From an uncultured delta proteobacterium (GTDB lineage: Bacteria > Myxococcota > UBA727 > VGSZ01), in assembly GCA_963775425.1 (NCBI GenBank), contig CAVZJB010000009.1, positions 272,616-336,615 of the forward strand: a DNA stretch of 64,000 bases, read 5' to 3'. Position numbers and translations under genes: made by a program. Below the pieces are notes generated by a model. The model was not told the origin of the DNA. It worked only from the letters and a program-made list of their open reading frames with translations, and made no database searches. This document shows positions 21,155-31,433 of the stretch, one piece after another (within the stretch, counting starts at the first letter, position 1; each line of letters starts with the position of its first letter).

Positions 21155-22690
21155 TCACGGGCCGACCTCGACGGCGCCCGCGGTGCACGACGACGCCTCG
21201 CGCGGGTGCCCGAGCGCGTCCGCCGCGGGGCAGTCCGCGCCCGCGCCGACGGCGGGGGAGCCCGCGGCGGGCGCGCGCACGGGGACGACGCCGCTGTCGT
21301 CGATGTCGCTGAGGGTGACGTCCTTTACCGTGACGTCCGGTGCGCACAGCGCGTCGGGGTCGTCGCTGCCGCCGCCGCTGCGCTCGACGGGGAACTGGAA
21401 GCTGCCGGCGCCGCCGTCGAGGGCGGTGGTGCAGCTCACGGGGTTGAAGCCGTTGCCCGCGACCGAGTCGAGGACGAGCGTGTTCCTCATCGTCACGCCG
21501 GCGCCGTTGCCGACGATGGCGCCGCCGAACGCGACGTCGCCGGGTGCGGCGTTGCCGGCGAAGGTGCAGTTGACCACGGCGCCGCCGAGGACGCCGTCGA
21601 GGAAGACGCCGCCGCCAAGGCCGGCGCTGGCGGTGTCGTCGAGGAAGCTCGTGTTTTCGAGGTTCACCGTGGCGCCCGGGCCGAAGTACGCGCCGCCGGC
21701 GGCGCGCGCGGTGCAGCCGACGACGGTGGAGGCGCTCATGGTGACGACGGTGCCCTGCAGGTAGAGGCCGCCGGCCATGGAGGGGTCGTGGTCGTCGATG
21801 ACGGCGCCATCGACGACGGTGCGGTCGATGTCGGTGGGCTCGGTGAAGTCGTACGCGACGCGAAAGACGGCACCGCCGAAGGCGTTTGCCCTGGAGCGCG
21901 TGATGTGGACGCCGCAGAGCGTGACGCTGCGGCCCTCGCCGTCGATGGAGAGGGTGCCGCCGTTGCCGCCGTCGCCGGGGTTTCCGCCGGTGCCGGTGGC
22001 CTGGTTGTCGTCGAAGTCGGAATTGACGACGACGAGGTCGTTGCCGAGGTTGCCGAGCGCCCCGCCGTTGCTGCAGCGGTTGCCCGAGAAGGTGGTACCG
22101 ACCACGGTGGTGAAGCCGCCGCCCTCGGAGAAGATGGCGCCGCCCGCGGTGTCCTGGCCGTCGACGTTGCCGACGTCGTCGACGAAGGAGCAGGCGATGA
22201 CGTCGAGGGTGCCGCCGACGCGGGCGATGGCCGCGCCGCCGCCGCCGAGGTCGGTGCCGGACGCGCTGCCGTCGGCGAAGCCGAGGCGCTGGACGACGAC
22301 GTGGGGCGTGTCGCGGTCGAAGGTGGAGTCGATGCGCAGGATGCGCGTGCTGCCGCCGCCGGAGAGCGTGACGGTGCCGCCGCCGTCGATGACGACGTCC
22401 TCGGTGAGGACCTTCTCGGCGGTGACGGTGACGGTGACGGGGGCGGGGCCGCAGTCGAAGCGGATCTTGGCGGCGTGCTGCCCGAGGGCGGCGTCGAGGG
22501 CGGCCTCGGTGCAGGAGGCTGCGCCGCCGTCGCCGACGACGACGGCGTCGCCGACCTCGACGGGCTCGAGCGGGGCGGGACAGACGACGGCGGCCCCCGC
22601 GCCCGGCGAAGGCGGAGGCGAAGGCGCCGGCCCGCAGGCGATTGCGAGGGCGGTGGCGAGCAGGCCGGCGGCGGAGCGGGCGAGCGGCAT
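21155..22690 (-). CDS. Probable lipoprotein with right-handed parallel beta-helix / Pmp-like repeats
   Basis: Signal peptide MPLARSAAGLLATALAIAC. Repeated GGAI/GGAL...F.GN motifs (GGAIFSEGGG, FSGNRCSNGGALGN, FGGAVF, GGGVFL, FAGN). Confidence 0.7.
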   Translation of the reverse strand: MPLARSAAGLLATALAIACGPAPSPPPSPGAGAAVVCPAPLEPVEVGDAVVVGDGGAASCTEAALDAALGQHAAKIRFDCGPAPVTVTVTAEKVLTEDVVIDGGGTVTLSGGGSTRILRIDSTFDRDTPHVVVQRLGFADGSASGTDLGGGGAAIARVGGTLDVIACSFVDDVGNVDGQDTAGGAIFSEGGGFTTVVGTTFSGNRCSNGGALGNLGNDLVVVNSDFDDNQATGTGGNPGDGGNGGTLSIDGEGRSVTLCGVHITRSRANAFGGAVFRVAYDFTEPTDIDRTVVDGAVIDDHDPSMAGGLYLQGTVVTMSASTVVGCTARAAGGAYFGPGATVNLENTSFLDDTASAGLGGGVFLDGVLGGAVVNCTFAGNAAPGDVAFGGAIVGNGAGVTMRNTLVLDSVAGNGFNPVSCTTALDGGAGSFQFPVERSGGGSDDPDALCAPDVTVKDVTLSDIDDSGVVPVRAPAAGSPAVGAGADCPAADALGHPREASSCTAGAVEVGP

Positions 22691-22825
22691 GGGACGACGC
22701 TACTGCGCGGCCGGGGCGACCGGGATCACAGGCCGGACCCGGCCGACACGGATCCGGGCGGGTGGCGCCAAGCCCCGGGCAAGTCCGCGCGGCAGCCCCG
22801 CGCCAACCCCCATGAGGTCCTTTCC

Positions 22826-23614
22826 ATGTCCATGAACGTCCTCGGCCAAAGCGAACGCCCGGCAGGCGCCCTGGCGCTCCCGCTGGCCATCACCGCCCTG
22901 CTCGCGCTCGCCGCTTTGTCGGCCCCCGGCTGCATCGTCTACGACGACCGCGGCGGCGGCAACGACTGGAGCTGGAACGGCGGCGACTGCGGCGCGTGCA
23001 CCGCGAGCGACGACGCCGACGGCGACGGCCTGCCGGACGCCGACGAGCCCGGGTGCAACCTCGACCCCAACAACCCCGACACCGACGGCGACGGCGTCCT
23101 CGACGGCGACGAGGACCTCGACGGCGACGGCTTCACCACGTCGCAGGAGCTGGCCTTCGGCTCCAACTGCGCCGACGGCAGCGACTTCCCCGGCAGCGCC
23201 GGCGAAGGCGAGGGCGAGGGCGATGTCGACGGAGACGTCGACCAGGACGGCGACGGCATGACGGCGAGCGAAGAGGACGAGTGCGGCACGAGCGACTGGT
23301 TCTCGGACAGCGACAACGACGGCGTGCTCGACGTCGACGAGGACCTCGACGGCGACGGCTACAGCAACGCCTGGGAGATCGCGGCCGGGACGAGCTGCTG
23401 GGATCCGACGAGCCACCCGCCGGCGGGCAGCCAGCCCCCCGACGGCGTCGACCCGCCGCCCGCGGACAGCGACCAGGACGGCGTGTCCGACGCCGACGAG
23501 GCCGCCCGCGGCACCGACCCCAACAACCCCGACACCGACGGCGACGGCCAGTGCGACGCCGCCGAGATCGAGTGCGGCAGCTCTCCGCTCGACCCGTTCA
23601 TCACCTGCACCTGA
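22826..23614 (+). CDS. Probable lipoprotein composed of thrombospondin type-3-like Ca-binding repeats
   Basis: Start MSMNVLG after GAGG. Signal peptide ends LSAPGC. Repeats include DADGDGLPDADE, NPDTDGDGVLDGDEDLDGDG and DSDNDGVLDVDEDLDGDG. A GEGEGEG tract is present. Only the last 263 codons of the 978-aa track ORF are credible. Confidence 0.7.
   Translation: MSMNVLGQSERPAGALALPLAITALLALAALSAPGCIVYDDRGGGNDWSWNGGDCGACTASDDADGDGLPDADEPGCNLDPNNPDTDGDGVLDGDEDLDGDGFTTSQELAFGSNCADGSDFPGSAGEGEGEGDVDGDVDQDGDGMTASEEDECGTSDWFSDSDNDGVLDVDEDLDGDGYSNAWEIAAGTSCWDPTSHPPAGSQPPDGVDPPPADSDQDGVSDADEAARGTDPNNPDTDGDGQCDAAEIECGSSPLDPFITCT
23201..23224. repeat. Short in-frame (GGCGAG)n tract
   Basis: ggcgaaggcgagggcgagggcgat encodes GEGEGEGD. 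Confidence 0.6.
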
Positions 23615-23680
23615 CCCGGGCGGGCCGCGCCCCGCGAACAGACCGAGCGCCAGCCGCCAGCCGCCAGCCGTCAGCCGTCG

Positions 23681-24023
23681 TCACCGGCGGCGGCGGCGGC
23701 GGCGCATGGCGTCGACGTCGCGCAGGGCGGCGGCGAGGACCTCGGGATCGCCGGCGACGAGCCGCAGCCGGCGGGCCCGATCGAGCTTCTTCAGGGCGAC
23801 CTCGAGGCGGCGCGCCTTGGTCTCCGAGCGCAGCGGGTGCGCGAACGCGAGGGCGACCGGCCGCCGGCACCGCGTGTACGAGCCGCCGCGCCCCGCGTTG
23901 TGGGTGGCGAGGCGCTTGTCGAGAATCGTTGGTGACGCCGACGTAGAGCGAGTCGTCGGCGCAGCGTACGAGGTAGACGGTCCACACGCGCGCGGCGCTA
24001 GCGTCCTCGTCCCCGGCCCACAA
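23681..24023 (-). pseudogene. GIY-YIG nuclease family protein (YhbQ/UPF0213-like), interrupted by a +1 frameshift (or a sequence error)
   Basis: Frame 1 reads VWTVYLVRCADDSLYVGVTND. After 23922-23927 the continuation LDKRLATHNAGRGGSYTRCRRPVALAFAHPLRSETKARRLEVALKKL is found one frame over and stops at 23681. Confidence 0.7.
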
Positions 24024-24056
24024 GGCACGCCGCGCGGTTCACGCAAGAGACGGGCG

Positions 24057-27000
24057 TCAGGCCGCGGAGACGTCGACGCGGCTCTTGCCGCCGCCGAGCG
24101 GGACCACGCGGACCTGCGCGCCGATGCGCTCGGCGAGCGCGGGCAGGTGCGAGATGACGCCGATCTGCCGGCCGGTGGCGCGCAGCGCCTCGAGCGCCGC
24201 CAGCGCCGCCTCGAGGGTCTCCGGGTCGAGGCTCGAGAAACCCTCGTCGATGAACAGGGACTCCACCGGCGTCCGCGCCGCCGACAGCGCCGACAACCCC
24301 AGCGCCAAGGACAGCGACACCAAGAAGGTCTCTCCGCCCGACAGCGAGCCCACCGCGCGCGGCTCGTCGCCGCTTTCGCAATCGACGACGACGAGATCGA
24401 GGTCGAAGCGCGCGCGCTTGTCGCCGCCGCCGGCGCGCTCGAGGCGGTAGCGCGGCGCGAGCATCGCGAGCTGCGCGTTGGCGTGCACGAGCAGCGCGTC
24501 GAGCGTGAGGCTCTGCGCGAACACGCGGAAGCGCGCGCCGTCGGCGGAGCCAATCACGTCGCTCAAGCGCTCCCAGGTGAGCGCCCGTGCGCGCTGCGCC
24601 TCGAGCCTCGGGAGGAGCAGCCCCGCGCGCCGCCGCGCATCGTCGTCGCGCGCGAGCGCCGCGCGGGCGCCGGCCCAGCGCTCGGTCGCGACGGCGAGCG
24701 CCGCCCGCGCGTCGTCGACGGTGTCCGGCGCCTGCGCCGGCGCGCCCTCGCCGTGCGCCTGCGCCGCCGACGCGCGCTCCGCGAGCACGGCCTCCGCGCG
24801 GGCGACGGCGTCGTCGAGCGCGCGCACCGCGGCGCGGGCGCGCTCGAGGGCGCCGTCGTCGAGAGCGCAGGCGCGGGCGAGCGCGTGATCGTCGTCGACG
24901 TCGCTGACGTCGCTGACGTCGCTGACGCGCGGCCCGGCGGCGCCGAGGCCCCCGTCGGGGACGGCGGGCCCCCCTCGGGCGAGCCGCCCACCGGGGCGCG
25001 CCGCGCGGCGGGCCGCCTCGAGCGCGGCGCGGGCGTCGTCGTGCGCGCGGCGGGCGCGCTCGTCGCCGTCGAGGGCGCCGGCGCGCCCGGCCTCGGCCTG
25101 GCCGCAGCGCACCTCGGCGGCGGCCAGGGCGACGGCGGCCTCGGCCGCGGCGGCGCGCGCCTCGTCGAGGGCGGCGGTCAGGCGCCCGCGGACCTCGGCG
25201 ACCGACGCGCCGTCGAACAGCGCCGCGCGGGCCCGCAACAGCTCCGCCTCGTGCGCCCGCGCCTCCGCCGCGCGTGACGCCAGCGACGCCTCGCGCTCGG
25301 CGGCGGCGGCGCGGCGCTGCTCGAGCGCGCGCAGGGCGGGCTCGCTGTGCGCGAGCGCGGCCCGGGCGCGCAGCGCGATCTGCTGTTGCGCGCGCAGCCC
25401 CTCGACGCGCGGCTGCAGCGCGCGCAGCAAGGCGCGCGGCGAGGCGAGCGCATCGGCGGACGCGGCGCGCGCGTCCCCCTCCGCGCCGCCGTGCGGATCC
25501 AGGCGCGCGCGCAGAGACGCCGCGCGCTCGTCGCGGGCGACGACGCGGCCCTCGACGTCGTGCACGCGCAGGGCGAGGGCCTGCTCGTCCGCGGCGACCG
25601 CGGCCCCGGCGTCTGCCAACGCGCGCTCCATCGATCGGACGCGCTCGTCCGCGGCGCGCGCCCGGGCGAGCGCCGCGCGGCCGCGGGCGAGGGCGTCTTC
25701 GTCGAGGGCCGGCCCGCGCCGCTCGGCTTCGAGCCGCGCGACGTCCTCGTCGACGCGCGCCTGCTCGCCCGCCGCGTGCGCCAGCGCGCGCTCGATCTCG
25801 GCGGCGCGCGCCCGGGCCGCCGCGGCGCGCTCGCCCTGCCCACGCGCCGCGTCCTCGAGCGCCTCCAGCGGCGCGGCGGGCGCGTCGACCGCGGCGTCGT
25901 CCATCGGCGCGCCGTCGACGGCGGGGTGCGCGCGGCTCCCGCACAGCGGACACGGCTCGCCGTCGCGCAGCCGCGCGCGCCGCGCGCACGAGAGCGCCTC
26001 GCTCGCGCGGGCGCGCGCCTCGTCCGCGGCGCGCGCCTCGTCGACGGCGGCCGCGCGATCTGCGCGCAAGGCCGCGGCGCGGCTGAGCACACGCGCCCGC
26101 TCGGCGTCGAGCGCGCGGCGGTGCATCAAATCGGCCGCGGCCCCGGCGAGGATGCCGGCGGCGTCGTCGACGTCGCCGTCGCCCACCACCGCCGCGAGCG
26201 CCGCGCGCGCCTGGCCCAGCTCCGCGCCGGCGGCCGCGAGGCTCGCCGCCGCTTCGTCGCGCGCCGCGCGGGCCTCGTCCCGGTTGCGGGCCGCCGCGGC
26301 GGCGAACGCGCGCGCGCCCTCGAGCTCGGTGTCGAAGCGCGCGAGCTTGTCGAGGTCTGCCGCCAGCGCCTCCCACGACGGGATCAGCGCCACCAACGAC
26401 GGCTCGCGGGCGAGCACCTCTTCGGCGCGGTGGAGATCGCCGGCCGCCACCGCGCGGCTGACGGTCAGCTCGGCGAGCTCGCGCTCCACGCCGGCGAGCT
26501 CGTCCGCGGCGCGCGCGTGCGCGTCGACGGCGGCGGCGGTGCCGGCGCGCACGATCTGTTCGTCGAGCCGCAGCGCGCGCTCGAGCTCCGGCTCCGCGTC
26601 GGCGAGCACGCGGGCATGGTGGACGAACGCCTCGTCGGCGCGTGCGCGCCGCTCGCGCGCGCTGGCGACGTCGCCGCGCGCCCGTCGCTCGTCGTCACGC
26701 GCGCGCTCCGCCGCCCGCGCCGCACGCTCCGCCGCCGCCCGCGCCGCGCGCTCCGCCGCCGCGGGCGCCCGCAGCGGCCACACCCGCTCGAGCTCCGCGA
26801 GCTCCTGCGCCGCGGGGGCGCTCGCGCGGGCGCGCCGGGCGGCGTCGACGTCGACGGCCGCGGCTGCGGCGGCGCGCTCGAGCTCCAGCGCGCGCTCGTC
26901 GTGCCGCCGGCGCGCCTCGGCCGCCTCGAGCGCCCCTGCGGCGGCGGCGCGCGCGGCGTCGGCGTCGGCGTCGGCGCTCTCGAGGCACCGGCGCTCGTCG

Positions 27001-27687
27001 TCGCCGGCCGGCGGCATGGCGCGCAGCTCGTCCTCGAGGGAGCGCAGCGCGCGCGCCTCCTCCTTGCTGCGCTCGTGGGCCTGCACGGAGAGCGTCGAGT
27101 ACAGATCCGTGCCCGTGATCTTTTCGAGGAGCGCCGCGCGGTCGTCGGCGCGCGCCTTCAAGAAGCTCGCGAAGCCGCCCTGGGCGAGCAGCACCGAGCG
27201 GCAGCACTCGTCGAAGGTGAGGCCGAGGCGGGCGCGGATGTGCTCGAGCGTGTCCTCCTTGCCGTCGCCGGCGCGCTCGCCGGTGACGACGTCATGAAGC
27301 GTGAGCACCTCTTCCTGCAGGCGGCCGAAGGCCTGGCCGCGGGCGCGCCGCACCGTCCAGCGCGCGCGCCACACGCGCCCGTCGACGCCGCTGAAGTCCA
27401 CCTCGGCGAACGCGGTGGCGGCCATCCGGCGCACGAGGCTCTTGGGATCGTTGGCGCGCAGCGACGCGCCGTCCTTCTTGAGCGGAGATCCGCCGCGCCC
27501 CGACAGCCGCGGCGTGCGGTTGAAGAGCGCGAGGCACATCGCGTCGAGGAGCGTGGACTTGCCCGAGCCGACGGGGCCGGCGATGGCGAACAGGCCGAGG
27601 TGGCACAGCGGCGGCTGCGCGAGAATCGACGGCGAAGCCGCCCTTGAGCGACGCGAGGTTGGCGCCGCGGATGGCGAGGATCCTCAC
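24057..27687 (-). pseudogene. sbcC: SbcC-type exonuclease ATPase subunit, N-terminus displaced by a +1 frameshift (or a sequence error)
   Basis: The GTG start overlaps the sbcD stop (GTGA). It reads VRILAIRGANLASLKGGFAVD, the frame breaks at 27622-27627, and it continues LAQPPLCHLGLFAIAGPVGSGKSTLLDAMCLALFNRTPRL (Walker A). A very long Ala/Arg/Glu coiled coil follows, with a CPLCGS zinc hook. C-terminal motifs: LSGGETFLVSLSLALGLS and LFIDEGF. Confidence 0.85.
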
Positions 27688-28973
27688 GGCCGCTCCCCCT
27701 CGTCGGCGGCCCTCGCCGGCACGGTGGACGGCGGCACCGTGGACGGCGGCACCGTCGACGACGGCGCGACGGCCTCCATCAGCTCGAAGAAGGCGCCGCG
27801 GATGTCGTCCGGGACGGCGCCGCCGTAGGTGCGCTCGTAGAGCCGCTCGAGCACGTGAACGGGCTCGATGTCCTGCAGCGAGGCGGCGGCGGCGACGTCG
27901 GCGAGGGGGCCGCCGTCGCCGGCGAGCGCCCGGTGCACGCGCACGAGCCGCACCGGCTTCCCCTCGAGCGCCGCCTCCACGCGCGCGCGCAGGTCGGGGC
28001 ACGGGGCGTCGAGCTTGACGCGCACCTCGAGGAGCGGCCGCGCGTCGACGGGGGCGTCCGGGAGATCGAGCGCGCGCAGGCGGGCGAGGACGTCGTCGAC
28101 GCCGGCGGCGGCCTCGGGGACGCGCAGCAGGTCGACGGCGCGCGGGACGAAGAGCGGGCGGACGCGGGCCTCGGGGAGGTCGACGACGAGCACCTGGTGG
28201 CGGTAGGCGCGCTCGGTCATCGACAGCGGGATGGGCGAGCCGCTGTAGCGGACGTTGTCGCGGCCGGCGACGTCCTGCGCGAGGTGGAGGTGGCCGAGCG
28301 CGACGTAGTCGACGTCGTCGGGGAAGATGTCGGCGGGGAGCGCGTGGACGTTGCCGAACACGGGGCGCTCGCTGTCCTCCGTGAGGCGCCCGCCCTGCAT
28401 GTGGCAGTGCCCGAGCGCGACGAGCGACTGCCCGGGGTGGCGCCGCGCGCGCGCGTGGTCCAGCACGCGGGCGTAGGCGTCGGCGACGCCGGCGACGACG
28501 GCGTCGCTGACGTCGGCGGGCTGGGGCGCGAGGTCCGCCATGCGCAGGAAGGGCAAGGCGGCGCACCACGCCTCGACGTCGCCGCCGTCACCGGTGAGCG
28601 GAACGACGCAAGACGCCGCGTCCACCTCGCCGGACGCGCGGGGCAGGGCCCCAACGACGTGCACGTCGAGCTCGCGCAGGATGGGGCCGGGCGCATCGAG
28701 GCGCGGCGCGGCGTCGTGGTTTCCGCCGATGACGACGATGTCGAGCCGCGGGAAGCGGCGCCGCGCCTCGGCGAGCCAGCGGTAGTACTGCGACTGCGCG
28801 GACGCGGGGGCGTTGCCGGTGTCGAAGACGTCGCCGCAGACGACGACGGCGTCGGCGCGCTCGTCCTCGATGCGATCGAGCAGCCACGCCATGAAGCGCT
28901 GGTGCTCCACGGCCCGCGAGAAGCCGCCGAGGGTCTGCCCCAGGTGCCAGTCGCCGGTGTGGATCAGCCGCAA
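27684..28973 (-). CDS. sbcD: SbcD/Mre11-type nuclease subunit
   Basis: Motifs: MRLIHTGDWHLG, VVCGDVFD, IGGNHD, GHCHMQGG, ALGHLH. The C-terminus carries a 15-bp x3 repeat (STVPP x3) at 27718-27762. Confidence 0.9.
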   Translation of the reverse strand: MRLIHTGDWHLGQTLGGFSRAVEHQRFMAWLLDRIEDERADAVVVCGDVFDTGNAPASAQSQYYRWLAEARRRFPRLDIVVIGGNHDAAPRLDAPGPILRELDVHVVGALPRASGEVDAASCVVPLTGDGGDVEAWCAALPFLRMADLAPQPADVSDAVVAGVADAYARVLDHARARRHPGQSLVALGHCHMQGGRLTEDSERPVFGNVHALPADIFPDDVDYVALGHLHLAQDVAGRDNVRYSGSPIPLSMTERAYRHQVLVVDLPEARVRPLFVPRAVDLLRVPEAAAGVDDVLARLRALDLPDAPVDARPLLEVRVKLDAPCPDLRARVEAALEGKPVRLVRVHRALAGDGGPLADVAAAASLQDIEPVHVLERLYERTYGGAVPDDIRGAFFELMEAVAPSSTVPPSTVPPSTVPARAADEGERP

Positions 28974-29106
28974 CGCGCCCTCCTATGAGGACATCCGCGC
29001 GACCCCCTCGAAATTTGCGCCGGATCCGCCACAGCGCCTGTAAATCTGATCCACGCCGCTCATTTTTGGAAGCGTGAAAGTGACCGGCGGGCTACCGGCG
29101 CCCGGC

Positions 29107-30258
29107 TCACCGCTCGTTCCAGTCCTTGGTGCCGTCGTCGGCGACGGCCCAGGTGCCGACCCAGCGCTTGCGCGCCTCGTCGATGACGCTCAGGTACTGC
29201 TCCGACTCTTCCTCCACCTGCCGCAGCACGGCGACGCTGCCGCTTTGGCGATCGCGGACGACGGTGAGGAGGCCCTTGTTGTCGAGCCGCGTGATGCTCG
29301 AGCCGGAGTTGTCGCGCACGGCGTGCAGCAGGGTCTTGGCGCCCGGGATGGAGCGGAGCTCGGCCACCGAGAGCTTCTCGAGGGAGCCGTCCTTGAGGCC
29401 CTTGTCGAGGTCAAAGGCGCCGTCGGCCCTCGAGAAGCGCTTGCCCCACGCGCTGCGGACCGCCTTGGTCTTGGTCGACGGCTGCTTGCCCGCGTCGCCG
29501 TAGTCGTTGACCTCGTCGAGGGTGACGTCGAGGGTGAGGAAGGGCTTTCGGGCGTTGCCCTTGACGAGCCCGATCTTCTCCGTACCCGCGCGCAACAGCG
29601 AGCCCGCGTCCGCCGACGAAAAGCCGCTCATCCCGTTGTCTCGTTGGATCCACGTGTCCGCGGGGAGCTTGCCCTCGCGCGGCGAGACCACGAGCCAGTA
29701 GGGCGGCAGGTCGGGGCGCGCGAGCGGCGGATCGAGGCGCGACGCGGTGATCATCACCTTGTCGGTGAGCGCGAGGACGACGTCCTTGGCGGTGGCGCCG
29801 GCGAGCGCCTCCTTGAAGTCGATGTCGACGGCGACGTGCCCGCGCGACTCCTTCACCGTCACGCCGGACACCGCCGTGCCCGCCTTCGACGGGATCTTGA
29901 GGCCCGTGATGCGCTCGTAGTCCGCGCGAAAGGCCTGCGGCAGGAAGCGGGCGGACTGCGGCGTCAAGACGCCGCCCGTCGCCTTGGCCGCCTGCTCCGC
30001 CGCCTCCGTCGCCAGCGCCGCGTCGGTGTCGTACGCCTTCGACAGCGGGAGCGCGCCGCGCGCGGTGTCCTCGATGGCCTTGAGGTTGTCGAAGATGAGC
30101 GCGACGTCGGGATCGCGCTGCTTCGCCGACGCCTCGAAGTGCAGCTTGCTCGACAGCGATCGCGCGCCGACGCCCTGCGCGAGCGGCCCGACGATGCCTT
30201 CGAAGAGCTGCCGGTGGGCCTGGCCGAACGCGGAAGGGGAGAGAGACTTCAGACCCAT
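29107..30258 (-). CDS. Hypothetical cytosolic protein (orphan)
   Basis: Start at ATG 30258 (MGLKSLSP), 8 nt after GGAGG. 383 aa, Lys/Asp/Glu-rich. No signal peptide and no family recognised. Confidence 0.6.
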   Translation of the reverse strand: MGLKSLSPSAFGQAHRQLFEGIVGPLAQGVGARSLSSKLHFEASAKQRDPDVALIFDNLKAIEDTARGALPLSKAYDTDAALATEAAEQAAKATGGVLTPQSARFLPQAFRADYERITGLKIPSKAGTAVSGVTVKESRGHVAVDIDFKEALAGATAKDVVLALTDKVMITASRLDPPLARPDLPPYWLVVSPREGKLPADTWIQRDNGMSGFSSADAGSLLRAGTEKIGLVKGNARKPFLTLDVTLDEVNDYGDAGKQPSTKTKAVRSAWGKRFSRADGAFDLDKGLKDGSLEKLSVAELRSIPGAKTLLHAVRDNSGSSITRLDNKGLLTVVRDRQSGSVAVLRQVEEESEQYLSVIDEARKRWVGTWAVADDGTKDWNER

Positions 30259-30382
30259 GGAATGTGCCTCCGGGACGTACATGTAGGTCTTCGGAGCAAA
30301 TCTTCCGAAGTTGCGCGATCCCGGGGATTTCCCCTGCTGCGTCGGACGCTTGGACGATGTCTTGCCCGCCGGCGCCGCCTGG

Positions 30383-31381
30383 TCAGATGCGGTAGCCGAA
30401 CGCCCGCAGGACGTCGACGTGGTAGGTGTGCCGCGACTCGGCGGCGCCCTTCTTCACGACGTAGCGGCCGCCGTCGGCGGGGTCCCAGCGCACGCTGTCG
30501 ATGTCGTGGCCGCCGCGCTTGAGCGCGTTTTCGATGAGGAATGCCGCGAGGACGTCGGGCTTGTCGTAGTGCTGCACGCTGCCGCCGACGTCGAGCTTGT
30601 AGCGTCCCGCGTCGAACGACACCGGCCACGGCAGGCTCAAGGTCTCCCGGGAAAAGAGGTTGAGCACGTGCGAGCCGCGCAGCGTGCAGGGGCGGCCGCG
30701 GTTGAGCTCGAGGTCTTCCTTGTAGTGCACGCCGACGTGGCGATAGGTCTCCTCGGCCGCCGCCTGCATCGCCTCGAAGCCGCCCGCCGCGTAGTCGGAG
30801 CGCTTGGTGGTCTGGGCCCAGTAGCTGAGCTGGTAGGTGTCGTAGGGGTGGTCGCCGGCGCCGACCTTGAGCGCGCGCACCTCGTCGGCGGTGACGTTGC
30901 CGCGGCGGAGCAGCTCGCGCATGGCGTGGTCGATGTCGATGCTGCGGTTCGTCGAGAAATTCGCGAGCGCGGCCTTGGCGTCAGGCGTGGTCCTGGCCGC
31001 GAGCAGCGCGGCGAAGACGCTCACGCGCTGCTTGCCCGAGACCCCGCTGCCCTTGCCCACCTCGCTCAGCACGGCGAGCGCGTCCTTGAGGTCGACGATG
31101 CCGTCGTCCTTCTCGAGCTTGTCGAGGAGCTTGGCGGGCTTGCCGCGCAGCGCGGTGAGGAACACCTCGAGCGCCTCCTTGTCCTTGGGCGCGCCCGCCT
31201 GCGTCTTCACGCCCTCGAACGTGTCGAACAGGTCCTTGCGATCGGTGTCGCTCAAACGGCCGATGTCGCCGACGAGCCCGGCGACCTCGGACGTGCTGTT
31301 CTTCCCGTCGGCGACCATCTCGCGCGCGCGGCGCAAAACGTCGACCACAGGCGGGCTCAGCGAAGAAGGGATCTGGGACAC
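30383..31381 (-). CDS. Hypothetical cytosolic protein (orphan)
   Basis: Start at GTG 31381 (VSQIPSSLSPP), 5 nt after GGAGG. 332 aa. The upstream part of the 500-aa track ORF is Arg-rich junk. No family recognised. Confidence 0.6.
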   Translation of the reverse strand: MSQIPSSLSPPVVDVLRRAREMVADGKNSTSEVAGLVGDIGRLSDTDRKDLFDTFEGVKTQAGAPKDKEALEVFLTALRGKPAKLLDKLEKDDGIVDLKDALAVLSEVGKGSGVSGKQRVSVFAALLAARTTPDAKAALANFSTNRSIDIDHAMRELLRRGNVTADEVRALKVGAGDHPYDTYQLSYWAQTTKRSDYAAGGFEAMQAAAEETYRHVGVHYKEDLELNRGRPCTLRGSHVLNLFSRETLSLPWPVSFDAGRYKLDVGGSVQHYDKPDVLAAFLIENALKRGGHDIDSVRWDPADGGRYVVKKGAAESRHTYHVDVLRAFGYRI

Positions 31382-31433
31382 ATCTACCTCCGGGGCTCGA
31401 GCGTAGGTCGCGTGGCCGCGCCCCGTCGACGGG

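Noticed and set aside
20678-23614. 978-aa plus-strand ORF
   Set aside because: The first 715 codons or so are antisense to the beta-helix lipoprotein and the 20125 gene, and are low-complexity. The credible gene starts at ATG 22826, with a ribosome-binding site and a signal peptide.
23998-26376. 792-aa ORF (and several 140-380-aa ORFs) overlapping sbcC on both strands
   Set aside because: The composition is extreme Arg/Gly/Ala/Pro low-complexity, typical of off-frame reading of GC-rich coiled-coil DNA. The sbcC frame carries all the conserved motifs.
27718-27762. 15-bp x3 tandem repeat
   Set aside because: It is simply an in-frame STVPP x3 duplication in the non-conserved C-terminal tail of SbcD. 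There is no evidence of a separate function.
23681-28973. sbcCD plus GIY-YIG as a phage-defence system
   Set aside because: The domain content and order are those of the housekeeping SbcCD hairpin nuclease. No additional defence-type genes or mobile-element context are nearby.
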